A stretch of DNA of 63,568 nt, counting the filler, from Vannella sp. (lineage: Eukaryota), in the NCBI GenBank assembly GCA_023345925.1. It is 6 parts of 6 records of this genome, joined end to end, with 100 filler letters (N's around TTAATTAATTAA, not from the genome) between each part and the next. Parts side by side here need not be neighbours in the genome. Positions count along the whole stretch, not along the records: positions 34,805 to 57,265 come from JAJQQN010000869.1; positions 57,366 to 61,445 come from JAJQQN010000926.1; 4 more parts are not named here. One strand, given 5' to 3'. The translations under genes were made by a program, and so were the position numbers. The notes under the pieces are model-generated. The model was not told where the DNA came from, made no database searches, and worked only from the letters and a program-made list of their open reading frames with translations. Position 1 is the first letter of the stretch. Each line of letters begins with the position of its first letter. This document shows, piece after piece, positions 47,561 through 60,002 of this stretch.

Positions 47561-49434
47561 ATGAGCCAACCCAAAGTCGGCTTCAATAAAATCAAAGGAA
47601 AGGAACAGGATGAACAGCTCCTGATGCAGTGTCGGGTGTCCCACAAGCAAAAAGACGGCTACCTTCATATTACCAACTATCGGTTGCTCTTCACCTTACC
47701 TGGTGTGAAGGATCCGACACTTTCACTTCCTTGGATCAAGATCCACGAGAGTACGCCCCCTTTGCCTTCTCCCATGCGTCACTGACACTGTTGAACAAAG
47801 GAGTTACTCGCGAGCTCCGTGGCTCAGGAAAGGAGCCAGCTTTGGTGCTACGAGCACAGAATGAGAAGAAGGAGAGGGAGCCAGGGGAGCCCCAAAAACT
47901 CGTTTTTAACGATCCCCTGACCAAGTGGGCTGACCTGGAGGGTGCTTTCAAGCTCATCAGAAAGGGCATCCGACCTTACATTCAAAAGAACAAGAAGCTC
48001 GAGCTGGAAAGGAAGGACGTCGAGACAATCAAGCAGAGAGCCGACCTTCTCGCTCGAGATGACGACTTGAGGCTTGTCTATGATAGATTGGTCTTGAAAT
48101 CTGCTTCTATCACTGAAAAGGAGTTCTGGGAATCCCATGCGGGAGTCATTGAACGTGAAAAGATCACTCAATCTCAACGCCTTGGAATGAGCACTGCAAT
48201 GCTCACTGACATCCGATCTAGCACCTCTCGAAGCGAGTGTAACATCTACCGAATCACTCCCCAGGTATGCTGCCTTGTTCATGGAGCTAAGATCCAACTC
48301 TCATCACGAATGGACTAGGTGATCCACCAGATCTTCTTGGAATACCCGGCTGTGCGCGAGGTATACGAACGGAATGTGCCTCACCTCTTGAGCGAGAAGA
48401 AGTTTTGGGAGATTTACCTGCAATCCAAGTTTTTCCATCGAACAAGGGAGCAGAACACGCCCAGCAAGTCTGGCGGTACCAAACAGACGCACCAGGAAGA
48501 CATATTCTCTCCTTATGAGAGCTCAATTCAAGAGGACAGGATTGCTCCTGAAGTGAGATTAGATCTTCTGGAACGCGCTCTGGATCTTTCAAAGGAAGAG
48601 GAAGGGACGGAAGGCTTTAGCATGTCTTTGGATGAGAATATGGCGAGTAGGCACTTGGAAAAAGCGATAACCCTCATTCGACGATACAACAGGCACGCTG
48701 TTCTCGTTCTGGAGAACCCAGAAGTCCATGACTATGAAGGAATGTCGCGGAGAAGCACCAATAGGCCACCCCTTACTGTTGGAGTCAAGCGTCCTTATCT
48801 CTCTTCGGAGGATGAGGTCAACAGAAAGCGGTTGTGCCAGTCACTTCGCGATCAAACCACGCTGGCAGACTTGGAGGAAGAGCAACACCTTGCAATCATT
48901 CCTCTCAAGATCGAAGACCAACGCCGTTACTTCCAAGGAGCTTCTAATGGAACAGACATCTCAGAGGAGGAACAAACAGAGCTAATTCAAGGGTTTAACT
49001 CAACTCTTGGTCAATGGGACTGTAATTTATCTCAAGCAGTCAGTGGCTTATCGCTGGGTCAAACATGCTCCCAAATTCTGTTCAGCGTGACCTTGCCAAA
49101 GTCCAGAGGCGATGGAGACACACAGAAAGCGGTTAGTCTTGATGCAGAGTTTGAAAAGAGACTCCGAAGCGACTTTCTGGAAACCAATGAACTTCTCCGA
49201 CACTTCTGGGGAGCTTTTCCACTTACCAGTAGCACCAAGAGGGCCAAAGCCCAGCGATTGGAAAAGGTCCTCAGTACTCGCTACGACGAACTCTTCCAAA
49301 AGCGCAATGACTTGATTCGAAGCGAGAATCCGCAGGAAAAAGAGTATGGCAACCTTCTGCTCCCGCTTGTCAATTCAGTACTCAAGGCTGTGGCTTTCTT
49401 TGAAGAAAAGGTGACTCCTCACCTTGCCAACTGA
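47561..49434 (+). CDS. GTF2H1: TFIIH subunit p62/Tfb1 (PH + two BSD domains), multi-exon
   Basis: LVYDRLVL....ITEKEFW; IFLEYPAV..VYERNVPH.LSEKKFW..Y.QSKFFH; IRRYNRHA..VL; ELLRHFW. Confidence 0.85.
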
Positions 49435-49531
49435 CTTTGCTATCATCGATTGCGCCTTCTCCAGGGCCAAGCCACCCGTACCTCCACTGATGCACATCAG
49501 ATAATGTATTAGAATGGTCAGTCCAAACATC

Positions 49532-50236
49532 TCATTCCATGGGAGGGACTGTTTTGTCTTGATGGCTGGCCTCAGGGCCTTGAGGGCGGGCATTGAATCG
49601 TCGGAAGGTACTGCTGGTAACGTCGTAGACTACAAACTCGGAGATATCGCTCATGCTGTAGGTGGTGGAGGAGAAGTACGGGTCGTTGACTTTGAACACG
49701 TTTGGATCGCTTGTTGTCCCGGTGACAAGGACCCAGTGTGTACCAGCACGTACATTCACGATCACTGGATCACACTTCGTGACCAAAGATGTCACAGTGG
49801 AGGCAGAGAGGCTGAGAACCTCCTCATTGAACTTCACTTTACCAAGAGCATCCACAGCTGGCATCAGTTAGCACACGGGCACTCGAAGAAGCCAAGGGCT
49901 ACAGTACCAGACCAAACAATCAGGTCCCCACTGGCGTAGCCGTGGTGATGCGTCAACCATTGGTTGAGATTTCCAGGGTTAACGAGGGTTCCATTAATCT
50001 TCTCCCCGTAAGAGGCGAGGGACATCGCCACTGAGCTCATGGCACACCCTGCAGTACACACAGTCTGTGAAGATGAGGTTCCCAGTTGATTGCTACGGCT
50101 TCCTCAGTCGAAAGAACTGCTTTAACGAATCGCCTTACCTGCCCCACGCGCTATCGCATTGCTTGTACATCTTCCACTCTGGACAAGCTACAGCAAACGC
50201 CAGAAGACCCAAAAGAGCCAGAACCAACCGCATCAT
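49532..50236 (-). CDS. Secreted peptidase C39-like (papain-fold) protein, 3 exons
   Basis: Signal peptide MRLVLALLGLLAFAVAC; YKQCDSAWG|SNQLG...VCTAGCAMSSVAM; HWVLVTG; VNDP. Confidence 0.8.
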
Positions 50237-50279
50237 CCAAAGCTCCAAAAGAATGGAGATTCCCTCCCCGCTAAACTCA

Positions 50280-50338
50280 CCAATCAGATCCCGCCAATCT
50301 CACCCAATCAGATCCCACCAGATCCCACCAATCAGATC
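50280..50338 (+). promoter_or_regulatory. Cluster of four CCAAT boxes (CCAATCAGATC repeats) in a bidirectional promoter
   Basis: CCAAT at 50280, 50294, 50304 and 50328, between divergent ATGs at 50236 and 50412. Confidence 0.55.
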
Positions 50339-50411
50339 AAAGCGGCTTTTTTCTGGTTCAATTGAAGTGAACATATTATTTTTTAGTAACTGCTCACTTT
50401 TTGTTGTGCTC

Positions 50412-52506
50412 ATGAATCGGGGTTGGTTCGTGGTGGTGCTCTGCTGTTTGGCAGTGCAAGGATCCAGGGTCTTGAGTGGTTGGGAGGATGAAGTAATGGC
50501 GGAGAGAAAAGGATGGAAGATCGTTGGTCCTGCAAGAGGATCGGATCCAGTCGAGCTGCTCGTTGGTCTGAAGCTTCGGAACGTGGACGGTTTGGAAAGC
50601 CTGTTGCTCGAAGTATCCGATCCCACTTCTCCTCGTTATGGTACGTAAACATAGAGGGATCTTCATATGACCACTCAAGAGCGAACAGGACAGTATCTGT
50701 CGCAAAAGGAGGTCTACCAACTGACCAGCCCACCTACTGCTGCTGTGGAGCGAACTGTGCGGTGGCTGAAGAGTGTTCAACCCAAGTCTGTCACTGTGAG
50801 GAACAACGGTGGCTTCGTAGCAGCTTCTATGACTGTTGATCAAGCCTCTCTTCTGCTCTCCGAAGGAGAAAACTTCAACTTTTTCCGCTTCCAGCATGCC
50901 AAAGACTCTCAGCGCTTCGTTATTCGTAGTAACAGTCCTATCACGCTCCCAGAAGAGATCCATCGCCTGGTTCAACTCGTAGACGGAGTGAACCGGTTCC
51001 CTTGTGCGTCTTCTCTTACCTTACTCCTTGTAACTCACCCCCTTCTCAGATCTACGAATCCGAAGCCCCGTGGAAGCATCTGCAAGTGCTAGTGGAGCGA
51101 GTTACAGTGTTTTTGAGGGCGACAGCAACGCAAACGTCCAGGTGAACGTGGACGGGTCTACTTACAGCTCTGTCCGAGTGACTCTGACGCAAGGGCTCGC
51201 CCAGCAGCAGGTGGTTCTTCCCGTTCCTTCTGGGAAGCAAAGCATCGCTGCACCCTTCTCTTCTCTGGCGAACTACGTCAACATTGAAGTGTTAGTGGAG
51301 GTGTCCTCCTCTAGTGCTGGGCCCTGGGTGACAGTGCCAGCACCAAATGATTACCCAATCTTCCCATCTCCCTGGGTGACTCCTGCAGTGGCCAATTCGC
51401 TGTATTTCATTCCTCCTGGAACTCGTTCGACGAATCCTTTGAACTCCCAGGCTGTTGCAGAGTTCGATAGACAGTTCTATTCTCCTCAAGACTTGAATAC
51501 CTTCAGTTCTCTTATGGGACTTCCTTCCCCAAATGTCACAGTAACTGGCAAGAACAATCCCCGTTTCCCCCGAGGAGAATCTACTCTCGATATTGAGTGG
51601 ATTACAGCCATTGGAGTGGATGTACCTACTGTATTCTTCTATGTGGAGAAGGGATTCCTTCTAGAGTGGGCCGTTATGGTCTCTGAAGAGGAGAACCCTC
51701 CTTTGGTCCACTCTATTAGCTATGGAGAGCCCGAGGACATGGTTCCAGTTGAAGAAGTTTCACGAGTCAATCAAGAGTTCCAATTGTTAGGAATTCGCGG
51801 TCTTACTATCATCAGCACAAGCGGAGATTTGGGTTCGAGCGATGGCACTGACGTCTGCGACCAAGATGTCCCTGATTTCCCGTCTTCCAGCCCCTGGACC
51901 ACCTCTCTGGGTGCTACTTTTGTCTCTCGTGCTGTTAACATTCCCATCTGCCAGCAGCAAAGCGTTGGCGGAGTTGCTATCCTTTGCGATGCCACTGTTG
52001 AGTTACCATGTGCTGTAGATGCTGGTTCTGGGTTTACCACTGGTGGAGCGTTTAGCAATCTGTTTGCTCGTCCTTCCTATCAGAATTCTGCTGTTCAAGC
52101 CTACTTGAACACGGCAACTCTTCCAACTGACTTCTTTAATCAAACTGGCCGGGGATACAACGACGTGGCAGCGTTGGGCTATCATATTCTTACCTACCAA
52201 GGGGGAAGGCTTAGTGTTACTGGAGGAACGAGCGCATCTGGGCCAATCTTTGCAGGACTCGTCGCTTTGTTGAACGACGTTCAGTTGAACAATGGAAAGC
52301 CGCCGTTGGGTTTCATCAATCCTTGGATGTACAACGTTGCGCAAAGTGGCAAGCAAGCCTTCAATCAGATCCTCTCTGGAGACAACAGGTGCCGTGAAAG
52401 TAATGGTGCTTGTTGTGATGAAGGATTTGTCGCACAATCCGGCTGGAATCCTCTCACTGGACTGGGCACTCCTGTCTTCCCCACTCTCAGAGATTCACTT
52501 CCTTAA
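50412..52506 (+). CDS. Tripeptidyl-peptidase I/physarolisin-like sedolisin (S53), multi-exon
   Basis: Signal peptide; prodomain VSDPTSPRYG|QYLS; ESTLDIEW, SISYG, SSGD, GGTSAS, GFINP, GWNPLTGLGTP. Confidence 0.93.
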
Positions 52507-52874
52507 CCTACCAAACAGAGAAAAATAAACAGCTCAGAGTGGGCTCTCTCCTTGCACCTGGAAAGCAGCCACTTTAACTCGAACCAACACTTCCGTGCCT
52601 CTACCGACTCATTCTCCAACAAAACCGAAACTAGCGACGAAGAGTCTTGGTCTTACATCCTCTTCTCTTGAAGAATCCTCGGACGGTACATTAGGTGAAT
52701 GGGAAAGGGAGAATTCCCAAATAAAGCAAGTTCTCCTTTTTCGGCGGTCAGTGTTCGCCAAAAGGTTTGGCGAATGGCTCTACTGTTGAGTATCAATTGA
52801 AACAACTGTTGTAGTGTTTGCGTGAATGTTTGGCTGGAAGATGCGGGCGTTTTGAGGTCTCATTTGCTGGAGGG

Positions 52875-54614
52875 ATGCGGCTGGCGGCGGGAGGAGTTCG
52901 AACCAGGTCTGAAAGTCCATCGTTTGGAGGAGTGTATCCTCCGCCGAAGGAGCAGACGGAGAAGTTAGAGGAAGCACCTGATGATGAACAGAAGAGTTGT
53001 AGCTCATCACCAGCTCTTCTCATGGTGCCGCTTCGCCAGCGGAAGGGTCTCCAATCACAAGCCTTTGATTCCCCGCTTCGCCAGCGGAAGAGTCTCCAAA
53101 CGCAAGCCTTTGATTCCCCAAAAGAGAGAGTCAAGACATCAAACTGTGGATTTGTCTTCTCTGAAAAGGTCAGAACGATCAAAGTTGTCGTACATGACGA
53201 CCTTCTGTTCCATGTGTGGTTGTCTATCGGAAAAGGATCGTTGGAAACGGTTTCTTCTGTCCAAAAAGCCCTCCGCAAGCGCCTTCAGTAAGACTATCTC
53301 CGACTTAAGAACGCTTCCTTAACAGCTTACAAGGAAATCCCCGGACTGGACGACTGATTTCAACCAATTTGTCCTCCACTTGGACAACGAGGTACTCCTG
53401 CCCGACCAGATCCTGGAAGCTAAATGCAAGAAAGGGAAGGAGCTCTCTTTTAAGTTTGTAGCCTCTCCAAGGAGGGGCTCTGGTCAATACGGGTTCCTCC
53501 GACGTTTGAGCCGCATTTCGGCTGATATGACAAGCGCTGTTTCTCCTCGAATGCCATTCAAAGAGATGCAGCTTGATACCCTTCGAAGAGAGATTGAAGG
53601 ATTGAAGGAAAAGCTTGCAAAGGCTGAAAGTGACTTGAAGGTACTTTTTCTCTTCTTGTTTTCAAAAAAGGCTATTTACAGGGGCAATAGGAACTGGATA
53701 GATCACCTTTTAGATCAGAAAATGTGGAGATCATTCAAAAGTTGGGCTCTGGAGCCCAAGGAACCGTTTACAGCTGCTACTTGGACGGATGGATCTGCGC
53801 AATGAAGGAAGTTAACATCTCAGGAGTGGAGCCCACGAATGAGATTGCCATCCTCAGTAGCCTTCCTCCTCACCCGAATGTCATACGCTACTTGAGCCAC
53901 CGCTCTAACGCTGACCATACTCAGCTCTTTCTTCAACAATACTCATGCACGCTATCAGACACCATCAGGGAGCGAAAAGAAACCAACCTACCGTTTACCC
54001 CACAAGAGATTCTCGGCGCTTTAGTGGATATTGCTGCAGGAATGAAATTCTTGCACTCTCAACATGTCATTCACAGAGGTATGCTGCTTGAATGACATAT
54101 TCCTTTCCAACAGTTAATATCCTCCAGATTTGAAGTCAGAGAACATCTTTGTCTTGCGGCGGGCAAAAGAAGCACCAGTTTTCGTCATCGGAGATCTGGA
54201 CTCTGCTAAAATGACAGATTCAGACAAGGCGCAGACAACTATCGGAACGCCATGCTTCATCGCTCCAGAAGTTCTAAACTCTGGGGATTTAACAAGTTAC
54301 ACAAACAAAGCTGACGGTACGGATTCGAGCAGGTCCAAAGTCAATGATTAATAGTGGATTGCTTAGTTTATTCCTTTGGAATGGTCTTATTCCAGCTTCT
54401 CACGCTCGATATTCCTTATCAAGAAGTGGAAAAATCCTGGAAGATTTCTGAATGTGTGTTGAAGGGTATTCCACCCCAATTTCCGCCTCTAGGAGCAGAA
54501 TACCAATCGCTGATTGCCATATTTCAAAAGTGCACCCATTTCTCTCCATTGGAAAGAATCAAAGCATCGGATCTGTGCAAGCAACTTTCTGTTCTCCAGC
54601 TTCAGTTAAGCTGA
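52875..54614 (+). CDS. Ser/Thr kinase (DLD motif) with N-terminal regulatory domain and coiled coil, paralogue 1
   Basis: LGSGAQGTVY, AMKE, IHR|DLKSENIF, IGDLDSAK, GTPCFIAPE; start codon uncertain. Confidence 0.85.
53028..53117 (+). repeat. 45-bp in-frame tandem repeat (PLRQRK.LQ.QAFDS x2)
   Basis: Direct repeat read in both DNA and protein; absent from paralogue 2. Confidence 0.85.
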
Positions 54615-54905
54615 TTGGCGGTTCCTAGCCAAGGCCGCCCTTTGCACTAAAGACCACAACGTATCAAAAGGGTTCTGGATTGTTGAGTGTCCCAACTACC
54701 AGAATAGCCTAAATCGCGGAAAATGACCTTCATTCTTCGAATGTTTTTGCGATCTCCACAAGAATAGGGTTCAGTTCTCGAAAGCATCACATCTCAGCCA
54801 ACACAAGCGCCGCGCAAACCCTAATCGGGCGAGTTCCTGGAATGGCCGCAACTGTCAAAAGATCATTTTCTTCCCTCTGGTGGAGGCTCAGGGTCTCTGC
54901 ATTAC

Positions 54906-56578
54906 ATGAAGCCTAGTTTGAGAAGAAAGTCTGATGGCCTTGCGGGTCGGTCTGCTGATTCCCAAAACTGCACCGAAAGGTCGCAAGATGCGAACGGGCC
55001 TTTCGTTTCTGTCCCGCTTCGAGAGCGTTCCAGACGCAAAAGGGTAAAGCACGGGTCCAGCTGTCTACTAGAAGACCAAATCACGAGCTCCAACTGTGGC
55101 TTCGTCTTCGGAGAGAAGGTTAAGACGCTCAAAGTCCTCGTGTTCCACAACGGTCCTCCCCTTCACATGTGCTCTCTCTCGACAAAGGATCCTCAGAAAC
55201 AGTCTCCTTCGTACAGAGAGCTCTCTGTGCTCGTCTCAAGTAAGTTCTCGTTCTTATTGCCCCTGCTGAAGGGTTCAATAGCGGGAATACCCACACTTCA
55301 ACGGACTTCAGCCAACATGCCTTCCAGTGGGGCGGCGAGCCTCTTCCCCCTAACGATACACTTATAGAGAGATGTAAGAAAGTGAAAGAGCTGATCTTTC
55401 AAGCTGTTCTACCAGCCAAGGAGGCCGCTCAAGGCTCATTCCTACGGCGGTTTAGTCGTCAGTCGGTCGACCTTACTGGAGTACGCTCTCTTCGAATCTC
55501 CTTTAAGGAGCTGCAAGTAGAAGCTCTCAAAAAAGAGAACAAAAAGCTCAAAGAGCAGCTAGAGAAGACCGAAAAAGACTTGCTGGTGAGTCCGAACAAC
55601 ACCAGGTGCCTGCGTTGTAACGCTTTTGAGAAGGCTTTGCAGGACAAATCGCCATTTCGTCCAGAGAACGTTCAGATCATCGGAAAGCTGGGATCTGGAG
55701 CTCAAGGCACTGTTTACAGCTGCTATTTGGAAGGATGGATCTGTGCCATGAAGGAAGTTCAGCACTTTGGAAGAGGAAGTAACAACAGCAGTGAGATTGA
55801 CATCCTGAGCAGTCTTCCGCCCCATCCGAACGTCATTCGGTACTTTTGTCATCGGCAAAGTCCTGATTGCACTCAGTTGTTCCTTCAACAGTACTCCTGC
55901 ACCCTCTCGGACGTGATTCGTAGAAGAAAAACAGCCAATGCACCCTTCTCTCCTCGGGAGATCTTGTTGGCCCTCGTCGACATTGCTGCAGGAATGAAGT
56001 TCCTCCACTCCAACGAGATCATTCACAGAGGTGAGTTGTCACAAATGGCGCTCAAAGAGATGGGCTAATGCATCTCCCAGATTTGAAGGCGGAGAACATT
56101 TTCATTTTGCAACTGGCAAGTGAGAAACCGGTTTACGTCATCGGAGACCTGGACTCGGCCAAGATGACGTTGTCAGAAAAGGCACAAACCACAATTGGCA
56201 CGCCATGCTTCATGGCTCCAGAGGTTCTGGGCTCGGGTCACAAGGAGAGCTACACGGCAAAGGCAGATGGTAGGACGCATTCCTCTCTGAAACAGGTCAT
56301 GACTCATTAGCGTTTACGAACTAGTATACTCGTTCGGCATGATACTGTTCCAGCTCCTCACCCTGGAGATTCCGTATCAGGAAATTGATAAGTCTTGGAA
56401 GATCTCTGAAAGTGTTTTGAACGGGAGACCGCCTCAGTTTCCTCCGCTTGGTGAAGAGTTTCTTTCTCTTCGTCAGCTCTTCCACAAGTGCACTCAATTC
56501 TCACCCATGGAGAGGATCAGAACCTCACTTCTTTGCAAAGAGCTTTCAAATCTGATCCTCCAGGCCAACCCAAGCTAA
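54906..56578 (+). CDS. Ser/Thr kinase (DLD motif), tandem paralogue 2
   Basis: Same exon structure and motifs as 52875-54614 (SNCGFVF.EKV.T.KV, LGSGAQGTVYSCYL.GWICAMKE, IGDLDSAK). Confidence 0.87.
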
Positions 56579-57265
56579 TCAGTGTTCTATTGTGCGGCGA
56601 CATTCATTCAAATAGTTCCTTCGTTTCAGCAAACGTTTCTAAAGCTCGTTTTCGGTTTTCTTTCCCTTTTATGGATAAGCCAACTACAAGAGGAGCTGAG
56701 GAACCCTTGCCCTTCCTCCTGATCACCGTTTTGGACGGCAACTTCATACCCGATTCAACTCGCCGCCGACTTTTGATTCCTAACAACACCTGGGAGCTGG
56801 GCGAAGTTTCTGGCATCTATATCTAGAAGAATGTGACCACAAGGCGTGCTGGCTTGTTGTAACTCAATCAAGAAAGGCAAGATTGCCAGACTCTCACAGC
56901 TCTTAAGATGCGAAAAGACAAGATTCGGTGGTACTTGTCCTCACGATTCAGCATCAGACTAAACAGGAAAATTCTTGTAACGGTCGCAACTTGAAGGAAA
57001 ATTGCTAAATTGAGCGCGCCACCCAAACCCCAAAACCGGAGTGACTCGAGCTGGGGTGGTTGGGTAACATGGTTTGCACTGTACCTACTCTCCATTGAGT
57101 TTCTTAAAGCTCCCATTTCGATTGCTGGAGGAGGAATGGTTCATTTTTCTTCCTTCCGAGGCTCTGTGAATGAGATCAAGTCAGAGGAGGAAGTCTGATT
57201 GCCCGACTGGTAGGTCTGGTGATTCCCAACATTGGAACGAAAGGCGGCAAGATGTAGCCGGACCC

Positions 57266-57365
57266 NNNNNNNNNNNNNNNNNNNNNNNNNNNNNNNNNNN
57301 NNNNNNNNNTTAATTAATTAANNNNNNNNNNNNNNNNNNNNNNNNNNNNNNNNNNNNNNNNNNNN
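57266..57365. other. Artificial contig spacer
   Basis: N44-TTAATTAATTAA-N44. Confidence 0.98.
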
Positions 57366-57918
57366 CGCCCGAACTGAGCTTCCTCAAAAAATCTGAAACT
57401 TTGGTAAATCACGAAAGTCGTCGGTTTTTGAAACATTTCGTTTCGTATCTGAGGTGAGTGTTGCACGGAAGGCTTGGCCCGATGATGACACCGAGCTATT
57501 CGGATCACCATGAGGAGAACAGCTTTCTTGTTAACCATCTTTCGGGTCTGAGGCTCCAAGCCTTCCAATCTTTCTCTCTTCTCCCACTCACCATTCACCT
57601 CAGGACTCATGATGAAGTAACTCCTTTACACGTAAACCTTTATCTGCAGAGTAAGTGATGAAAGCAGCCCAGTGATGACTATAATTTGCGTATGAGACCC
57701 TCTGCTGCTTGTACATAGTAACGGTCAACACTATGATGCTCATTTTTTGTCTCTGAGGGCTGCTCTCTTCATCAACTTTCTTTCGACTCACCTTCACCTT
57801 CTTGCAGACTTTGAGACGTCTCTTCTCGTCTAATGCTTCTGCGAAACCAACTGGTGCGGCTCCAACGCAGGCTGAATAAAGCCTCCCTGTCATTTGCTAT
57901 CCACCTGTTTTCTCACCC

Positions 57919-59094
57919 ATGGAGAATGAGTTGATCGCCAAGTTCATCTCTCTTTTGGAGACAATCCATAGCGAGCACGTTTGCCAATGGGAGAAGCCTG
58001 AGTTCCACCGAGCCTTTGATCTGGCAGAACAAGTCCAAGTACTCCTAGCAAAAGACCCCCTCAGTGAGACGTGCCTGGTCGACGCATTCCGCAGGAGATA
58101 TCCCACTTCCATCCTGGATAGCGACTCTGTGAAGGATAGCTACTTGCTCCTTCTTGAGCGGGTCGTGTCCAGCGCCTTCCTCTCCCCCAGGACTCTCCAA
58201 CTCGTCCTTTCTGAGTGTGTAGGGAGGGGTCTTATCTCCAAAGCTTTAGTTCATGGTCGATCTCCTCTTGTTAGGCTCATGGAGACGCGAGCAGATTGGA
58301 GCGGCTTCTCTGCCCTTCTTGCAGAGGCTTTCCTGACCTCGCAACCAGCACTGGCTTCGGGCGAACCTCCCAGTGTTGAGATGTCTCGCATCAAGAGGAT
58401 GAGTAATGCTTCATTGATCAGAAACCGATGGCTCGAGGCAGACAATGCGGATCGGCAACTTATTCAAGGGAAGATCAAGGGCCACGTTCTGGGGGAGCCT
58501 TCCATCCTGGTAAGCTTTCCTCAACACTATGTACAGGAAGTCTCATTGTGCTCTCTAGGAAACAATCGTGTGGCTGCTCCACCCTACCCCTGAAGACAAA
58601 TTGTCTCAAAGGGAATGGGTGGAGGTTGCTCCTGCACTTAGCCAGATGGTAGTCTCTGTTTGGAAAGAAGTTGCAGAGCTTCCTGAGACCACTCACCCTG
58701 TTTCTTGGTTGCAGAGGCAGTGGTGGTTCATAGTTGAGCTTGGTTTGGTTCTCAAGACTCTGTCGAGCAACTGCATTGTGTTAAAGCACTTCACCGAAAT
58801 GCTCCAAAGCATAGCAGTGCCTTGTATACGGTACTATGAGCAGGGAGATCGAGGTATCGCAGAAGACTGGGTTGGGCTCTAACTGACAATTTCTCAGGTT
58901 ACCTCCAGAGGCTGCATCCCGAGATGATGCAGCAAATGATCTCTCGCGTTATTCACCTCGTTGAGGGATTACCAAGCCTCTCGATGCGGAAGGAATGCAC
59001 CTCTTGCCTCCAACCTCTTCTCAGCACCACAACAAAACATGCGGAGTTGATTAGCTTGCAGAAAATGTGTATTTGTATTCAATTACAACAATGA
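57919..59094 (+). CDS. Helical protein, possibly Fanconi anaemia group F (FANCF)-like, 3 exons
   Basis: N-terminal KFISLLETIHSEHVCQWEKPEFHRAFDLA resembles the FANCF pattern F..LL..S....V..W.....RA...A; GT-AG introns start at 58510 and ~58854. Confidence 0.45.
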
Positions 59095-59148
59095 TCATCA
59101 TTGCGACCTTCATTGAGCAAACTGAGTTCATTCTTTCTTGTCCTCGCG

Positions 59149-59812
59149 ATGGTGAGGTGCTGATGGGTTAGGCTGAGCGCGACTGACCATGACGACGATG
59201 CAATAGGCCGACCAACTGTCCCAGGCTCAGCAAACGGAATACAAAGACGTGTTTGCTCACTTTGATAAGGCCAAGACCGGAAAGTTAGGCAAAAAGGAGC
59301 TTCAAATGCTACTCCTCTCTATGGGAGGTTAGTTAACGTCCTTCTGTGGAAACGATGGCAGTACCTTTGGTGCGTGTGCAATTCTGACGCAAATGCTAGA
59401 GGACACCGACCCCAGTCAGCTGCTAAGCGGAGATGGTATCGACTTTAACACCTTCCTGCAGATCCGCCAAGACAAGTGGGCTAAGGAGCAGTCAGGGTAA
59501 GTATCTCTTCCTCCGAATACTGAAGAGACTCATGAGAGAGAAGAGAGGAGGTGAAAGCCGCTTTCCAGGTTTTCGATGCCAATGGAACGGGGCAGATCTC
59601 TGCAGACGATTTGAAGCGCATTATGACCACCATGGGAGAGAAGCTCACCCCTCAAGAGGTGAGAGAAGCTCACCCCTCAAGAGGCTCTGCTCTTCAGCCT
59701 TCCTGCAAACGTTTGACCCCTTTTCCAGGCTGACCAAATGGTGCGCGATGCTGGGGGCGGTGGCATGATCGATTTCAACGCCTTCGTTGACAAGATGAAG
59801 AGGAAGACCTAA
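59149..59812 (+). CDS. Calmodulin-like / myosin light-chain EF-hand protein, multi-exon
   Basis: ATG-only first exon, then [52 protein letters not shown]. Confidence 0.85.
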
Positions 59813-60002
59813 ACAGCAAGAATCTTTGGTTGCGCAGCGGCACAAACCTTCTTCTACTCGAAATGAAGCTTCTTCTCTTCCGTTGATAGAATTTGGCAGC
59901 CATTCTGACAGAATGTCTAACATAATGATTTACTCGTATCATAATCCCGCGATTACGATGGTCAACGGCTGAGCCATTTCCCGCTACTCTCCGGCCCTGC
60001 TC

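Noticed and set aside
52890..52910. GTTCGAACC T-loop-like sequence suggesting a tRNA
   Set aside because: No cloverleaf stems; it lies in the kinase 5' coding region.
56579..57900. Short ORFs at the ends of contigs (56604-56816, 56868-57116, 57600-57893)
   Set aside because: No recognisable motifs or convincing splice model, so no call is supported.
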